Of a stretch of DNA of 64,000 bases, positions 41,501-53,791 are shown piece after piece. A model generated the notes under the pieces. The model had not been told where the DNA came from, did not search any database, and saw only the letters and a program-made list of their open reading frames with translations. This DNA comes from Styela clava (lineage: Eukaryota), in assembly GCF_964204865.1 (NCBI RefSeq), contig NC_135254.1, forward strand, positions 14,942,001 through 15,006,000, written 5' to 3'. Each line of letters begins with the position of its first letter. Within the stretch, counting starts at the first letter, position 1. The translations under genes and the position numbers were made by a program.

Positions 41501-42709
41501 AGTTTTTTCAAGTTGGCAAATTTGTTCGCACCAATGTCAGCGATCCTGTTACCATTTAACCGCAAAGTTTGAAGATTTGGTAAATTGTCGAAGATTCCAT
41601 CGGGAAGTGCACTGATTTTGTTGGATTGTAAATACAAATGCCTGTAAAATGATATAATGAAAAGTATGTCGTCACTAGAGCGCCAATTTAAAATTACTTA
41701 CTGTTTCCCACTTTGCCTACGATACGGCATTGGTACAATTAGCAAGCAAATTTAGCCGGGAGAATGAGGACACCCATACCATCCAGACAATCTAAGCAAG
41801 TATCATATTTTCAAAACTATTTTAAGAAACAAATTACACCAAGCTGGCACCGTTGTACAAAACTTGGTATTGTATTTTGGAGTATTTAGCATCATATATA
41901 TACTTTAATAGCTATTTCGAGCGCTGTACATGCAGCTATTAGTTTTGTAAAATCAGCTTGTCAAAATCTGCATTTTGAAACATAAAAGTTCGGACATCTG
42001 GCTTTCAAATACAAAAATTTTCCTCTACCGGTGCGCAAGAACAAAGAAGCAAAATGGGCGAGTAAACAATTGCTAGTGCTCTATAGACGCCAGCACCCAA
42101 ATTCGTGAGTTTTCGGTATTCGTTTCCCATCTTGCTTCTTTGATCCATAGAGACTACTATTTTTATGAGGTCTATCGTTTAATTTGACGATTTTCACCAA
42201 CATTGAAGATTTGTTATATATATATATATATCTTACTTTAGATTTGGTACATTGGCAAACGTCGCTGGATCCAGAGTTTCAATTTTGTTATACTGGAGGT
42301 GAATTTCTGTGGTATCGGCATCGAAATCGCTGAACGTTACTTCAGTCAAACTTCTTCTAGCACAGTCAGCGATCCTCTCTCCCACCCAACCAAAGCAACT
42401 AAAACAGTAGGAGAATTTTTTCGGGTTATATAAATTTCTTATTAGTTATATGGTATACTTTCTCTTTCAGTGTTATAAACCTTCTTAATTTACACTCTTA
42501 TGAGAGATGGTTGTAATCGATTAAACATACCTAGTTATTTTTGATAAGTTATTTGACGAAGGTAATTCACTGCGCTCGTACATTATTTTTACAATAGAGG
42601 GTGAACTTCATAAGTTAACAATAACAATTTACCTGCATTGTGAAGGACAAGCGCTGGTGGACACTGTAAATACAGATATCAGAGTTAAGAATAAAATATA
42701 GTTCTTCAT
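35511..42709 (-). CDS. Leucine-rich-repeat single-pass membrane protein (SLIT/SLITRK-like double LRR cassette), ~722 aa; exons 42633-42709, 42237-42398, 41431-41641, 40499-40599, 40144-40258, 39670-39859, 39070-39181, 38363-38510, 38018-38151, 37178-37478, 36761-37018, 35749-35986, 35511-35632
   Basis: Signal peptide MKNYILFLTLISVFTVSTSA; LRRNT CPSQCSC; LxxLxLxxN repeats; LRRCT ...CAEPENLRG; second LRRNT CPFGCDC...VDCS; NPWNCDCKL; TM ALIISLSIVGAVLIFVVVLGVILY. All GT-AG phases are compatible (2169 nt, 723 codons). Confidence 0.85.
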
Positions 42710-43612
42710 TTTCTTCACTCTATTTCTGCAAAAATCTAATAAGAAATGATTCAAAGTACATTGAGATGTATGGTTGTTTATTTCGGTTCACAAACATTTT
42801 TCATTCCCACTTGCAAACTATTTAACGTCGTCCTGATTCGTGGGTGATTTTTGTAGACATAAGGTGGAGTGCCACCGTCTTATAAGATGGAATGCGGAGT
42901 TAAAATTAGTCACATTTACGCCCTATAAAATTATTGATAAGAATCAATATATTCGTAAGATTTCATCTTGGATAATATTAAATTAGCTAAAGCACGTTTT
43001 GACAAAAGCTGGAGAAAGCGAGAAACTGATCCTATTTTATTGTATACAAATTTCAAACGTGTCTTGTTTCATCGATATACAAAAATTTATAAATCAGGTC
43101 TTAGTAATATCCCATAAAACATTTCTGCCACTACTCTAATTTGAATAAGCTAAAAACTAGACCACGACCGAGTTTGACTTTTCACTTGTGTGCAAACATA
43201 TTCCTAAAACATTCCACTGGTTATCGTGATTCTGTTGCGCAGTTGAGTACAGAATTATTGAGTCTAGTTAGTTAATGATTACTTTCTTATGCATATTTGG
43301 ACAATTCGCAAAAACATGTTTCGGTATTGTTACCATACGTTAGGCAAACAGGTTCGTCAAACAAAAGGGTTAGGCTCATTGTTGTACAATTTCTAATGAC
43401 AAAGCAATTCTGCCATTATTGCATGGGTGGTAAATATTCCTTAAACATTTTGAAATTGTGTTCCTATTTCAAAGCCTTCAACCAATATATATTTATCGCT
43501 AATAAAACGTTTGCAACTAACACAACGTCATGTTCGTGTGTTATATACTAGATCAGAGATTACCAACCTTTATGAAGCGAGAGCTTCTTCTTGGGTACCG
43601 ATTAAGCTAAGG

Positions 43613-44817
43613 CAGTGATTCCCAACCTTTCTAACTGGCAGACCGGTAAAATTAAATAAAATGTACTCGCGGACCGGCAAAAATTGAAATGAGTGGAACA
43701 GAAAATAATACCATATTATATTTGCGCAATATAGTGCAATGTCGGGCACTCTCAATGTTTCTAGAAAAAAATTGCTCACTTGAAATTATTTCACATGAAG
43801 AAAAAATATTAAATGATGTGCAGGCCAAAAATTGAAATGGTTAGAACATAAAATATTAACATATATTTTCGTAATAAAATGCAGTGCTGGGCACCCATTA
43901 TGCGTAAAAAAGCACCCAAAAAATATCTCACATAAAATATGTACATGCCAATTCATGAACAAACACAATTACCTCTAGTGAGAATTTGCTGCTGTTCCGT
44001 TTCCAATACAGGATTGCAAACGAGGCATGAAAAAAGGTTTTGAAACACAAAGCTCTGCAGTGACTCACGATCGATATCTTTGCTTAATTAAAGCTATTAG
44101 TGAAAAAAGTTTTTTAGTACAAGTGACTGGTTGAATACTCGGACAACAGTTTGATTGCTCGATTACTTAGCGATGGGTATTCGTTATCAAGAGAGCTTAA
44201 TACTTGTAACTGTGATTCTTTTAAAAATCTGTAAATTAGAGTTCATCATATTTATTTTTCTGCAATTGATCGACGTCCGAAACAAAATGAATTTATATTA
44301 CAATGATAAAGTCGTTGCTAACTTGGCAACAGGGTCAAAATCCTGCTGCGCATCACCTGGAAAAGATCTCAACGGCCCATGGTTCTCATGTCAGCCTGCA
44401 GGGTCGCAACAAGTTCATATCTTGCTGGAAGCCAAAGCGAAGCTGTGGAATATTATACTGCTTTTGGTTCAAACAAAGAAATATTCATAACCTTTTATTT
44501 GGATGGTAATATTAATGAAAAAAATCATGCAGAACGGAAAAAGCACGCGTGCTGATTGTCAGGTTTCTGAATCTTGCGAGATTTACCACAGCGCTTTCGC
44601 CATGATTCGGAACCGAGAAAGCGAAAAGTGTGATTACTCGGCGCCTGGACGTCGCCGGGTCATTAATACCGCACTAATCAAACAGTAATATGACGGCGGA
44701 AGAGTAATTGCGCGATAAACCAACGTAACTTAGTCTTTTCGACTTCGACAAAGCGATTGAGATGGCAGAAATTCAACAAAACGAAATTTCTCGTAGACCG
44801 GGGGTTGGAAACCCCTG
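43613..44817 (-). mobile_element. Internally deleted Charlie-like hAT transposon with transposase relic
   Basis: TIRs CAGTGATTCCCAACC / GGTTGGAAACCCCTG; exact 8-bp TSD AGCTAAGG. The minus strand at ~43975-44130 reads FSLIALIKQRYRS*...MPR...ANSH*, like a hAT dimerisation-domain C-terminus. Confidence 0.8.
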
Positions 44818-45380
44818 AGCTAAGGGGTACAAGTTTGATGTACGCTACTCTTCTAAAGAGCCAATTTGCTCGATCAAGCTTTAACTATTACTATTAATGG
44901 TGTTTAGCCATACGGAAAAACTGATAATGTAAATATTTTTTTTAATTATCAACAATTCTAACATAGAAAATATTATAATATCAATATCACATTTTCGAAT
45001 TTAGTGTTTTTAAAATTAAACTTTTTAAAATGATCACTTCCATAACATCGTAGGAAATCACAATGTCCATGCGCAAACACCGTGCACCAGCCAAAGATGA
45101 AATGAATTTCACATTTGTGTTACCAAATGTTACATTTTACAAACACTTTTATCGGATCACGAATATCTCGCCAGTTAACTGGAAACCTGGATCGATCTAA
45201 AGATCGATAAGTAATTATTAGATGCAGCTTGCCGACAAGCGCTGTTGTTTGACGGCGACTTTGACGACTTTCTAATTTAAGAACAGACTTGCGGGTGGCT
45301 CATGTGGTCTTCGCGGGCGACTTCGTGCAAGATTCTGTTTCATATTTTTGTGGAGCCTGTTCATAATAAAGGTTATTAGC

Positions 45381-45598
45381 CTACTTATCGAATTTAATAA
45401 TTTAATCGGTAAGTATATTGATAGGTATTTGTCTGTCTGTTAGATGCACGCGATATCTCACGAAAGCGAGATTGAATCTGCTCCAGATTTTGCATGTGCA
45501 TTCATCATATGTCGGACCAGAAGCCTATTGATTTTGGATGAATTATGTCGTATAATTAGCAAGTTATTAATTAATTAGTAATTTAACACAAGGTGTCA
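45381..45598 (+). mobile_element. HINE/DINE-1-like element, copy 5, 3'-truncated
   Basis: Family sequence up to CAAGGTGTCAC, then an abrupt switch to MOXD1 exon sequence. A lone reverse-strand 5' end also sits at ~45190-45217. Confidence 0.75.
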
Positions 45599-48500
45599 CC
45601 GGACTTCCAGTCGGGCCTAAATATAACACAATTGAAGTTCGAGCATCAGAATTTACCATCCCATCAGAAGATACATAATACAATTGCAAACTTTTCAAAC
45701 TTCCGGACTTTGGTGGGAAACAACATATTGTCAAGGTATTACAGACGTTAACGTGTCTACACCTAACTACTTTGGTATCGCAAGAGCCTTGGTTTATGAA
45801 ATGTAAATTTAAATATGAAATTATTATTTTCCAGAATATGCACAAAGACAAACTATCTTGACAATTTTTATATATTTCATGTTCACTCAGTGTTCAATCT
45901 TTCAGTGCATCGAACTTACAAAGCTTATAACTTTCATTTATTAGCACGGCTATTTCTCCAAGTTTCAATAGTAATGTATATGAGTTTTCACGATTTATTT
46001 GTAGAATGACAAGCGTTAGTTTTGTTAACTTTTATCGCTATTATTTGATACATTTTTGTACGTCATGATTTATTTGTTTCACGCTACAGTGGGAACCAAT
46101 CATCCAAAGTGGAAATGAACTTTACGTACATCATATGATAATTTACAGTTGTGGAAACATACAGCCGGTGATTTATTCCTTTATTTAAAATTATTTGATT
46201 CCTTTACCAGTGAATGAATAAGCAATATAAAAAAAGTACTTTAATTTTCGTTATTAAGCGAATGGTGTTTCTGCAATTTTTCTCAGTTACCTTTTCAACA
46301 ATGACGTATGCTATTTTCCCCCTTGGGCGATATCATTGACAAATTATTTATAATTATGTATAAGTTATGATAATATTATAATATAATATAATTTTCTCCA
46401 TTGTATTGATGATATCAATATAATACTTTGTAATAATATTACTTCTTACTATTCTAACGAAACAGATCTGGAACAAGACGCCCGTTGTTACACATCAAAT
46501 GTGGCTTATTTTTCCTCTTGCACGGTTATCATTCTTGAATGGGCAGTTGGAGCAGAGGTAATATTTTTACCTATTTACTGTTTGGCAATTTTGTACAGGC
46601 AGTTAGATTACTGGAAGAATTTACTCAGCAAAACATCGATTTAAAATTCTGAAATACTCATTATATACGAGTATAGCTTTTGTTCGTAGTTCCAACAATC
46701 TTAAACACTATTTACACATACGCATCGTGCATATTTTAATTTTTATTTGTCTTGTGTTCGTAACTAAGTAATAAACAAAAATATTCAACCACAAATAAAT
46801 GACGCAGACAAATTTTTTAAATCGGCCCGTTTTCAGGAAATGATATACCCAGAAGAAGCTGGATTATCTGTGGGTGGACCGGGAGATCCAAAGTACGTAC
46901 AGTTGGAAACACACTACGATAATCCGAATGTGGATTCTGGTAAATTCATTTGTCATTAAATAAGTATCGGAAACAAAATTTAATATGTGTATACTATAAT
47001 TTTTTTCTATATGAAATATAGAATTTTGAATTGACAGTTGATCTGAAAAAATAAAATAAAGATAAAAACGTTTTCACTATTTGACTTGTGTCTGTTCTTC
47101 ATTGCCTACAAAGTGGGAGTTGAAACGAAAAACGTTTGATCCTATTTGAAAAACAAGTTTACTTCCAAGACAAAAAACTTTATTCGGTGGAAAATACTAT
47201 ATTGAAATGATTACTTGAACATTCTGAATAATATTGGCATGATATGGACTTTATTGCCAAGTCCACTCAAAAAGATTTGTGGGTATTTTAGATTATACTT
47301 CATTATTTCTATTATTATTTCAGATTATGAAATATATTTGTTGCACCACGACTCATAAAGCACTTAGTTAAAGTTTCTAATTTTATTTGTCGTAACGGTA
47401 ACGGCAGTTTAATCTTTAGGAATACGTGACAGTTCTGGAATCAGATTTACTTACACTTCAACATTGAGAAAATATGAAATTGGCATCATTCAAATTGGAA
47501 ATTTTGTTAATAGTCTTCATCATTTTATTCCTCCTGGCGCCGAAAGTTTTAAAAGCATAGGGCATTGTACAGACGCATGTGTCACAAATGTAAGTTACCA
47601 AGTTTTACAATAAGAATCTACCGTTAGGCTAATAATATTCAATTTATTGTTTTAAATAAAACAAGACATTTAGACAGTCAAGATATTTTTCCATATTATT
47701 TGATTCAAATATCTGAATATTTTTAGAGAATGGCGGCGGCTGATGTTAATAACGTTACGGTCTTTAGTGTTGTTCTGCATTCTCATCTTGCTGGGAGAAA
47801 ATTAAGACTGAGACATATGAGGTCGAGTAGTTGGTATTTTTAGAAAAATCAGCCAAAATTTCTCTGCTAATGACTGATTCGCGAAATCCTGTTTATTGTT
47901 TAATCGTGAGCATATTTTTGGAAAGGAATTGAGTTAATATCAATTGGTTGTTAGTTTCTCTATTTGTAAGTTAGTCGGAAAATAGTCATATCAGAACAAA
48001 GCACCCTCTTATGAACACTATCTAACGCAACTTAACATTACATTGATAAAAATCTGACTTTTCAAATTTAATAATTATCCACTATATATATATAAATGTA
48101 TATAAGAAATCAATAGAAAATTTTAGTCCAATGAAAGCAAATATTTTGTGTAGAGATGGCGTTGAACTTCCGTACTTAGGCAATGATGAGAATTACGATT
48201 TCAATTATCAAGAAGCACGATACTTCAATCCAGGAGTTATCATGAAAAATACTGACTATTTCCAAATGGAGTGTGATTATAACACTAAGTCTCGAACTGT
48301 GATGACGGAGGTTGGTTATTTCGTAAATCAGCAATTTATGGTAATCATTCTTCATATATCCCACCCCAACATAGAAAACAAAGGTTTTACATCAATATCT
48401 TATACATTCTGCATCCGTTCAAATTTTCCAAACTCAACATTATGTAACGACACTTTATCTCATTTGCAATTAAAATAGATATTGCATTAGTAGAATTTAT

Positions 48501-49744
48501 GAATATCTATTTTTATGTCGGTGTTTCGCATTTTTATTTTATTTGTAGGGGGGATATGGTACTAGGGAGGAGATGTGTATGGCGTTTGTTTTATATTATC
48601 CGAAATTTGATTTATCTTTTTGTGAATCAACAGTCAGTCAATACGTTTCGTGGCCATACTTCGGAATTAATGCAGAACAGATACAGCAGTAAGATCATTT
48701 TTCGTACATAACAATGTTTGTTTTTCAAGAATAGTCAATTCTTCATAGAGGCGCAATTCTCACCACTTCAAAGCAGCTCCTGCCACGAACGAGCCGCGGC
48801 GCCTCTTTCCATGGTTTTATGGCGCTATATTCACAAAGTCACGTACTAGATTTCAATTTACCGTACATAAACTTGAAACATAACCCGAAATCAATCAGAA
48901 CTTTATCCACAAAGAAAATCTACCCAAAGTATGTCACCGTCAAGGGCAGTACTTTTATTACAGCCTATATGCCTTGGTTTGTCGCATTTTACCCAACAAG
49001 ATTTTCAATTTTCTGCCGTGTTACCCCGCCTCACGCCATTGGTTTGTGGCAGCTAAATAGTCAGCCGCCATGGGTTTGCGGCAACTTCGGACGCAACAAA
49101 ATACATAAAACTGCACTCCTCATGATGCCCCATATATATATATTACAGAATAAACAACACCGCCGGAGATCATCTTTCTCATTTCATTTTGACTGGACCA
49201 GAAGAGGTTGCCGGAAAGACGCTTTTAGAATATATGAGCGAGGTGATATATAACTAACTAGAATATAAGTACTTTATGAAATATTTTCATTTATCACAGA
49301 CATCTTTTATTACAGCTCGACTGGAATCAGGAAAACATCACAAACTTTGAAAGTTTTTACAATTCAGCACTGCACTGGGAGTTGTGTATTCCAGCAAACC
49401 TGAGTCAAATAGTAAGTTTCGATGTTTTTTTTTTTTTGAATCACTTACAAATTCCACATTGCTAAATTTTGAAATATTTTCATCGTATATATACTAAATG
49501 CGTCACAAAATTTGGAAATTGAGCAAATTTTTTTCTTTAAGAACATTTGGCATATGCATTTCAGGTCGTATCTGCGTTCGTTCCAGCCAATATAACAACT
49601 CCATACATCCCTCCAGCTAAAGAATGTCTGGTTGCTACAACAAGTCAAACGACAACTAGCCATGGCCATGCAATCAAATCGCCTCCTTTTATCATTGTAG
49701 TCTGGTTGTTGTTTTTCGCCCATATAGGTTACTCTAACAATTGA
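45598..49744 (+). pseudogene. 5'-truncated DBH-like monooxygenase (MOXD1-like) duplicate; part of exon 5 through the last exon
   Basis: Exons and introns are colinear with the 59084 gene; YVHHM, LHSH and GTREEMC copper motifs; hydrophobic C-terminus PPFIIVVWLLFF. Lacks the signal peptide/DOMON exons, and the exon-7 acceptor at ~46455 is lost. Confidence 0.75.
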
Positions 49745-51310
49745 AAGCCAAAATACGATACAATATCTAGAAAACATGACATTTGAATCGTTTTTTCAAA
49801 ATAGTTTTTGCATTTTATGCCTAATTTAGGAAGTGTAGTTTGCTTTATATCGAGACATACATACATTAAGAAACATTTGGGTTACCTGCTTAAATTTGTA
49901 AAAAAGCAGAAATATATGAATTGAAATAAATAAAAAAAAATACGTGACTTGATTGTATTGTTATAATCTTATATTGTTATATTACTATAATTTCTCATTT
50001 GCACAGAAATTTTACAAGAAGTTATTTTCTGTGGTATGCGTGTTCGAATAGCTATTATAGAAATATCACAACAATGAACCAAATAGGCCCACAACTGTTA
50101 TGGAAAGTCATCATGTTAGGTCGAAGCTCACTTAGTTAGATGACCTTCACGCTTAGAGATATGTACTGTGTTGACTTATGTGTGGAAGTAATCTGCTTTT
50201 GTGATAGGATGTTGTAGTTGTGTTCTAATCTGGTAGTTTCAGTTGACTAGGAAGTCATCCGTAATAAATGCTTGCTGAATAATAATATATAAAGCCTCTT
50301 TATATATATGCCTTAAGTGTTTGGCTATGCAACAACTACAATGTTAAAGAATCCAACCCGTGGATAACTTTCACCTGAAGGCATGCAGCGCGCAAATAAG
50401 GCAATGAACCGACTCAGAAGTGATTTTAAATCTTGTTTGAACGAATTGTTTTTATGGAATACATATATCACTCTCTCGGTGGTAACGAAGTTCTAAACAA
50501 GAATTTCCATTCTATGTTATGAAAAAGTAAGAATTTCTCCCGATGCAGCAAAGACTACCCAATTTAGTTCATGCTGAGTGTGACTGGGCATGGGGTAGCA
50601 AACTGATAACCCTAATTTAAGACCCCGAACAAACTATACGTAACTGTTTATTTTCATCTGGGCAATGCGAACATTGACCGAAGCACCCATACTGCCTATA
50701 TGGCCTATTATCGTGGAGTCACAGCTCCAGAAGGAATCGCATGCACAAAATAGTACTAACGGAGAGAAAATGCGTTTATTAAAATTAGATATCTTTCCGT
50801 AAATAATCCCACTCTAACCGAATGCCTATATTTATATCATCTAAATCAGGCCTGGGCAAGTTGCGGGCCGCAGTCGGCCCAAGGAAATGTTTTATTCGAC
50901 CTAGGAGCAGATTTCTAGAATAAGAAAATTTGTCTTTACATATAAATATACTTTAACTGTAAACTTTTTCATTGTAATAAGATTCAGTGATTTAGTAGCG
51001 ATGTTTTACAGACCAGTGGTCGACTGACTGTGGGCCGTGGCCCAATCGTGGGCCGCCGAGTCTTTTCTAGTGGGCCCCCAATACATTACATTTATAGCAT
51101 TGATACAAAAAAGTTTTAAAAATCCAACATTACGTATGAATTTTTGGCCAAATAGTTTTTATTTATATATCAAACGATTCTACATTACGTTCATTTCAAC
51201 TAAACAAATTAAACGTCTCTTAAAAGTGTTTCAAGTGTTTGAAATAAAAATTTCGATTGAAAATGTTAGGCCTTAAAGAAACCTATTTCATTTTATTATT
51301 TAGATCTCAC

Positions 51311-53791
51311 TAGGCTTGCACGTAATTGACAAAAATCAATTCCGTAATTACGGCAAAATCAATTACGTAATGACCCCGTAATTGTGATATTTTTCCACGC
51401 ATTTAAACCTATCATAACAACCAATTGAATCCACTTCTTTTCCGAATGGGACATTGAAGTTGGGTTTTCATATTCTTGGCAGTACTACACGCCATCGGCA
51501 GATGTTAAAGACAAATATCAAGGAGTGAATTCAAATTAATTTTATTCTGATTTTTATCTTTTGTGTTAGCTTTGATTTCCTTTATCACCTTCGCAAATTA
51601 ACCGTCCCATTTTTATGCGATCAATTTTATTTTATCATTACCGACACTGGTATACGGTTATTTATGGAAACGATAGTTTTTTAAAACCACCTTAGTACTG
51701 AATAAAAATTAAGGGTTTCTAATTTATTAACCAACGACGAGCGTATTCACTCATTTGATTATACTTGCGATTTCCTCGCGACGAAGACTTGTTTTTGCAG
51801 CGTCTTCCGCATTATCCGACATTACTGCCTTGTTAGCATTTTATAATAATAATTATTGATGTCGACTTATTGACGATATTCCGATTACCATGCTTCATTT
51901 TACATTTAATCATTTCGCGGACTGAATGTTTAAAACATTATTTGCGATAAATTTAGATTAAATATTATTTATTTGAGTATAGTTTAAATATCGAACTTAT
52001 ATGATATGCCTTCTCCGAAAATACAAAAGTTATATCGCAAAACAATGCATTTTGTGACATTTATTTTACATTCACGACATTAATTTGCTAACTCAAGTCG
52101 GCGATCCTATCGGCCAAGATTGACACAAGTTTGGTCGAGTGCCGGTGGTATTCAAGTAGACGATAAATCAAAATAAGTTGCCGCATTTGGTAAGACAGTT
52201 AATCATACATGGCCGAAATATTGAGAGGAATTGTGAAAAACATCATGCGCAAGGCCAAGTCCGGACTGATATATAACGATAAAACCGTTAACAGAACATC
52301 AAGATTTTGTAATAGAAAATGGATCTCGCACAGAATAAACACACTGGCTCATATTTGATTATATATGATAGCAGTTGAATTTTTTTGCGGTCCGCGAGGA
52401 ATCCGTCGTTTTGCTGTTTCTCTGCCGTCTCAATCGCTTTACCGATGCCGAGAAGACGAAGTTGCGTTGGTTCATTACGCAATCTCTCTTTTGTCGTCAT
52501 ATTGCTATTTGATAAGCGCGACATTAATTATCACGGCGAGGTATTGGCGCGAGTGATCAATCGCTCTTTTGGCTTATTTGGTTCCAATTCGTCGCGAAAG
52601 CTCTTCGTTAAATTTCACAAAATCGTCGTGTTGAAAGGTTATGGATATTTTCCTGTTTATACCCTAAGTATGAAATAAAACAGCCAAAAACAGTATGATA
52701 TTCCATGTTCATATATCAAGTGTTGATATTAACATTAAAGAATGGTTAAGCATTGCTAATCCACACTTGGTGGGGAATTCCCACTATTTAAACGCGTGAC
52801 TATAAAATAAAATGAAATAGAAACGGAACATATATACCATAAGTAACGGAAAACTGGAACAAGTAAATAATAAATAAAAGTAAAATGGATACAAATGTTT
52901 GATAGACCATGTTTGAAAGATTGATCTCCTGTGTTCATTAGTCATTTCACCCGAAGAAGTTGAAACCGGGCGTGTTGGCGTCCATCGGTCTTAACACAAT
53001 TCTTCCCCCTATCTACGGTTATTATGTACATTGGCCATGGCCATGCTAGATAAGATGCGAGAGAAGTTGAAACCAGGTGTGTTGGCGTCAATCGGTCTTA
53101 ACGCAATTCTATCCCTTATCTACGGTTAAGTTACGGGAGAAGTTAAAACCAGGTGTGTTGGCGTCAAACGGTCTTAACGCAATTCTATCCCCTATCTACG
53201 GTTAAGTTACGGGAGAAGTTAAAACCAGGTGTGTTAGCGTCAATCGGTCTCAACGCAATTCTATCTCTTATCTACGGTTAAGTTACGGGAGAAGTTAAAA
53301 CCAGGTGTGTTGGCGTCAAACGGTCTTAACGCAATTCTATCCCCTATCTACGGTTAAGTTACGGGAGAAGTTAAAACCAGGTGTGTTAGCGTCAATCGGT
53401 CTCAACGCAATTCTATCTCTTATCTACGGTTAAGTTACGGGAGAAGTTAAAACCAGGTGTGTTGGCGTTAAACGGCCCTACTCAGTTCTTCCCCCTTAAC
53501 TACGTTAATAATTTACATTGGCCATGCCAGAGAAGTTGATAATAGGTTAGTGAATGGCAACGCGTCATGCCCTCCTTCACCTACGTAACAAGAGAGAGAA
53601 AAATGGCTGCGAATACCGGAACTCTAACTTCTACTTGTTGAGCTTTCATTTTTCGCAATCGACGAAATTGACTGCTTTGAAGAAAGCTCGTTTCAATGCA
53701 ATAATTACGAATTTACGGAATTCGTAACTTCCCTTCCGTAACTCAAAATAATTACGTAATTCCGTAAATCCGTAAATTACGTGCAAGCCTA
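51311..53791. mobile_element. Non-autonomous hAT-superfamily DNA transposon (~2.48 kb)
   Basis: Perfect 17-bp TIRs TAGGCTTGCACGTAATT / AATTACGTGCAAGCCTA; exact 8-bp TSD GATCTCAC (51303-51310, 53792-53799); many sub-terminal TTACG/CGTAA motifs. Confidence 0.92.
52955..53537. repeat. 76-bp minisatellite array, ~7 units
   Basis: GAGAAGTTAAAACCAGGTGTGTTGGCGTCAAACGGTCTTAACGCAATTCTATCCCCTATCTACGGTTAAGTTACGG units start at 53061, 53137, 53213, 53289, 53365 and 53441, plus a divergent unit at 52955. Confidence 0.95.

Noticed and set aside
52955-53537. CRISPR array or tRNA cluster (76-nt period)
   Set aside because: Units are head-to-tail with no unique spacers, there are no cas genes, and neither strand shows a T-loop GTTC motif or cloverleaf.
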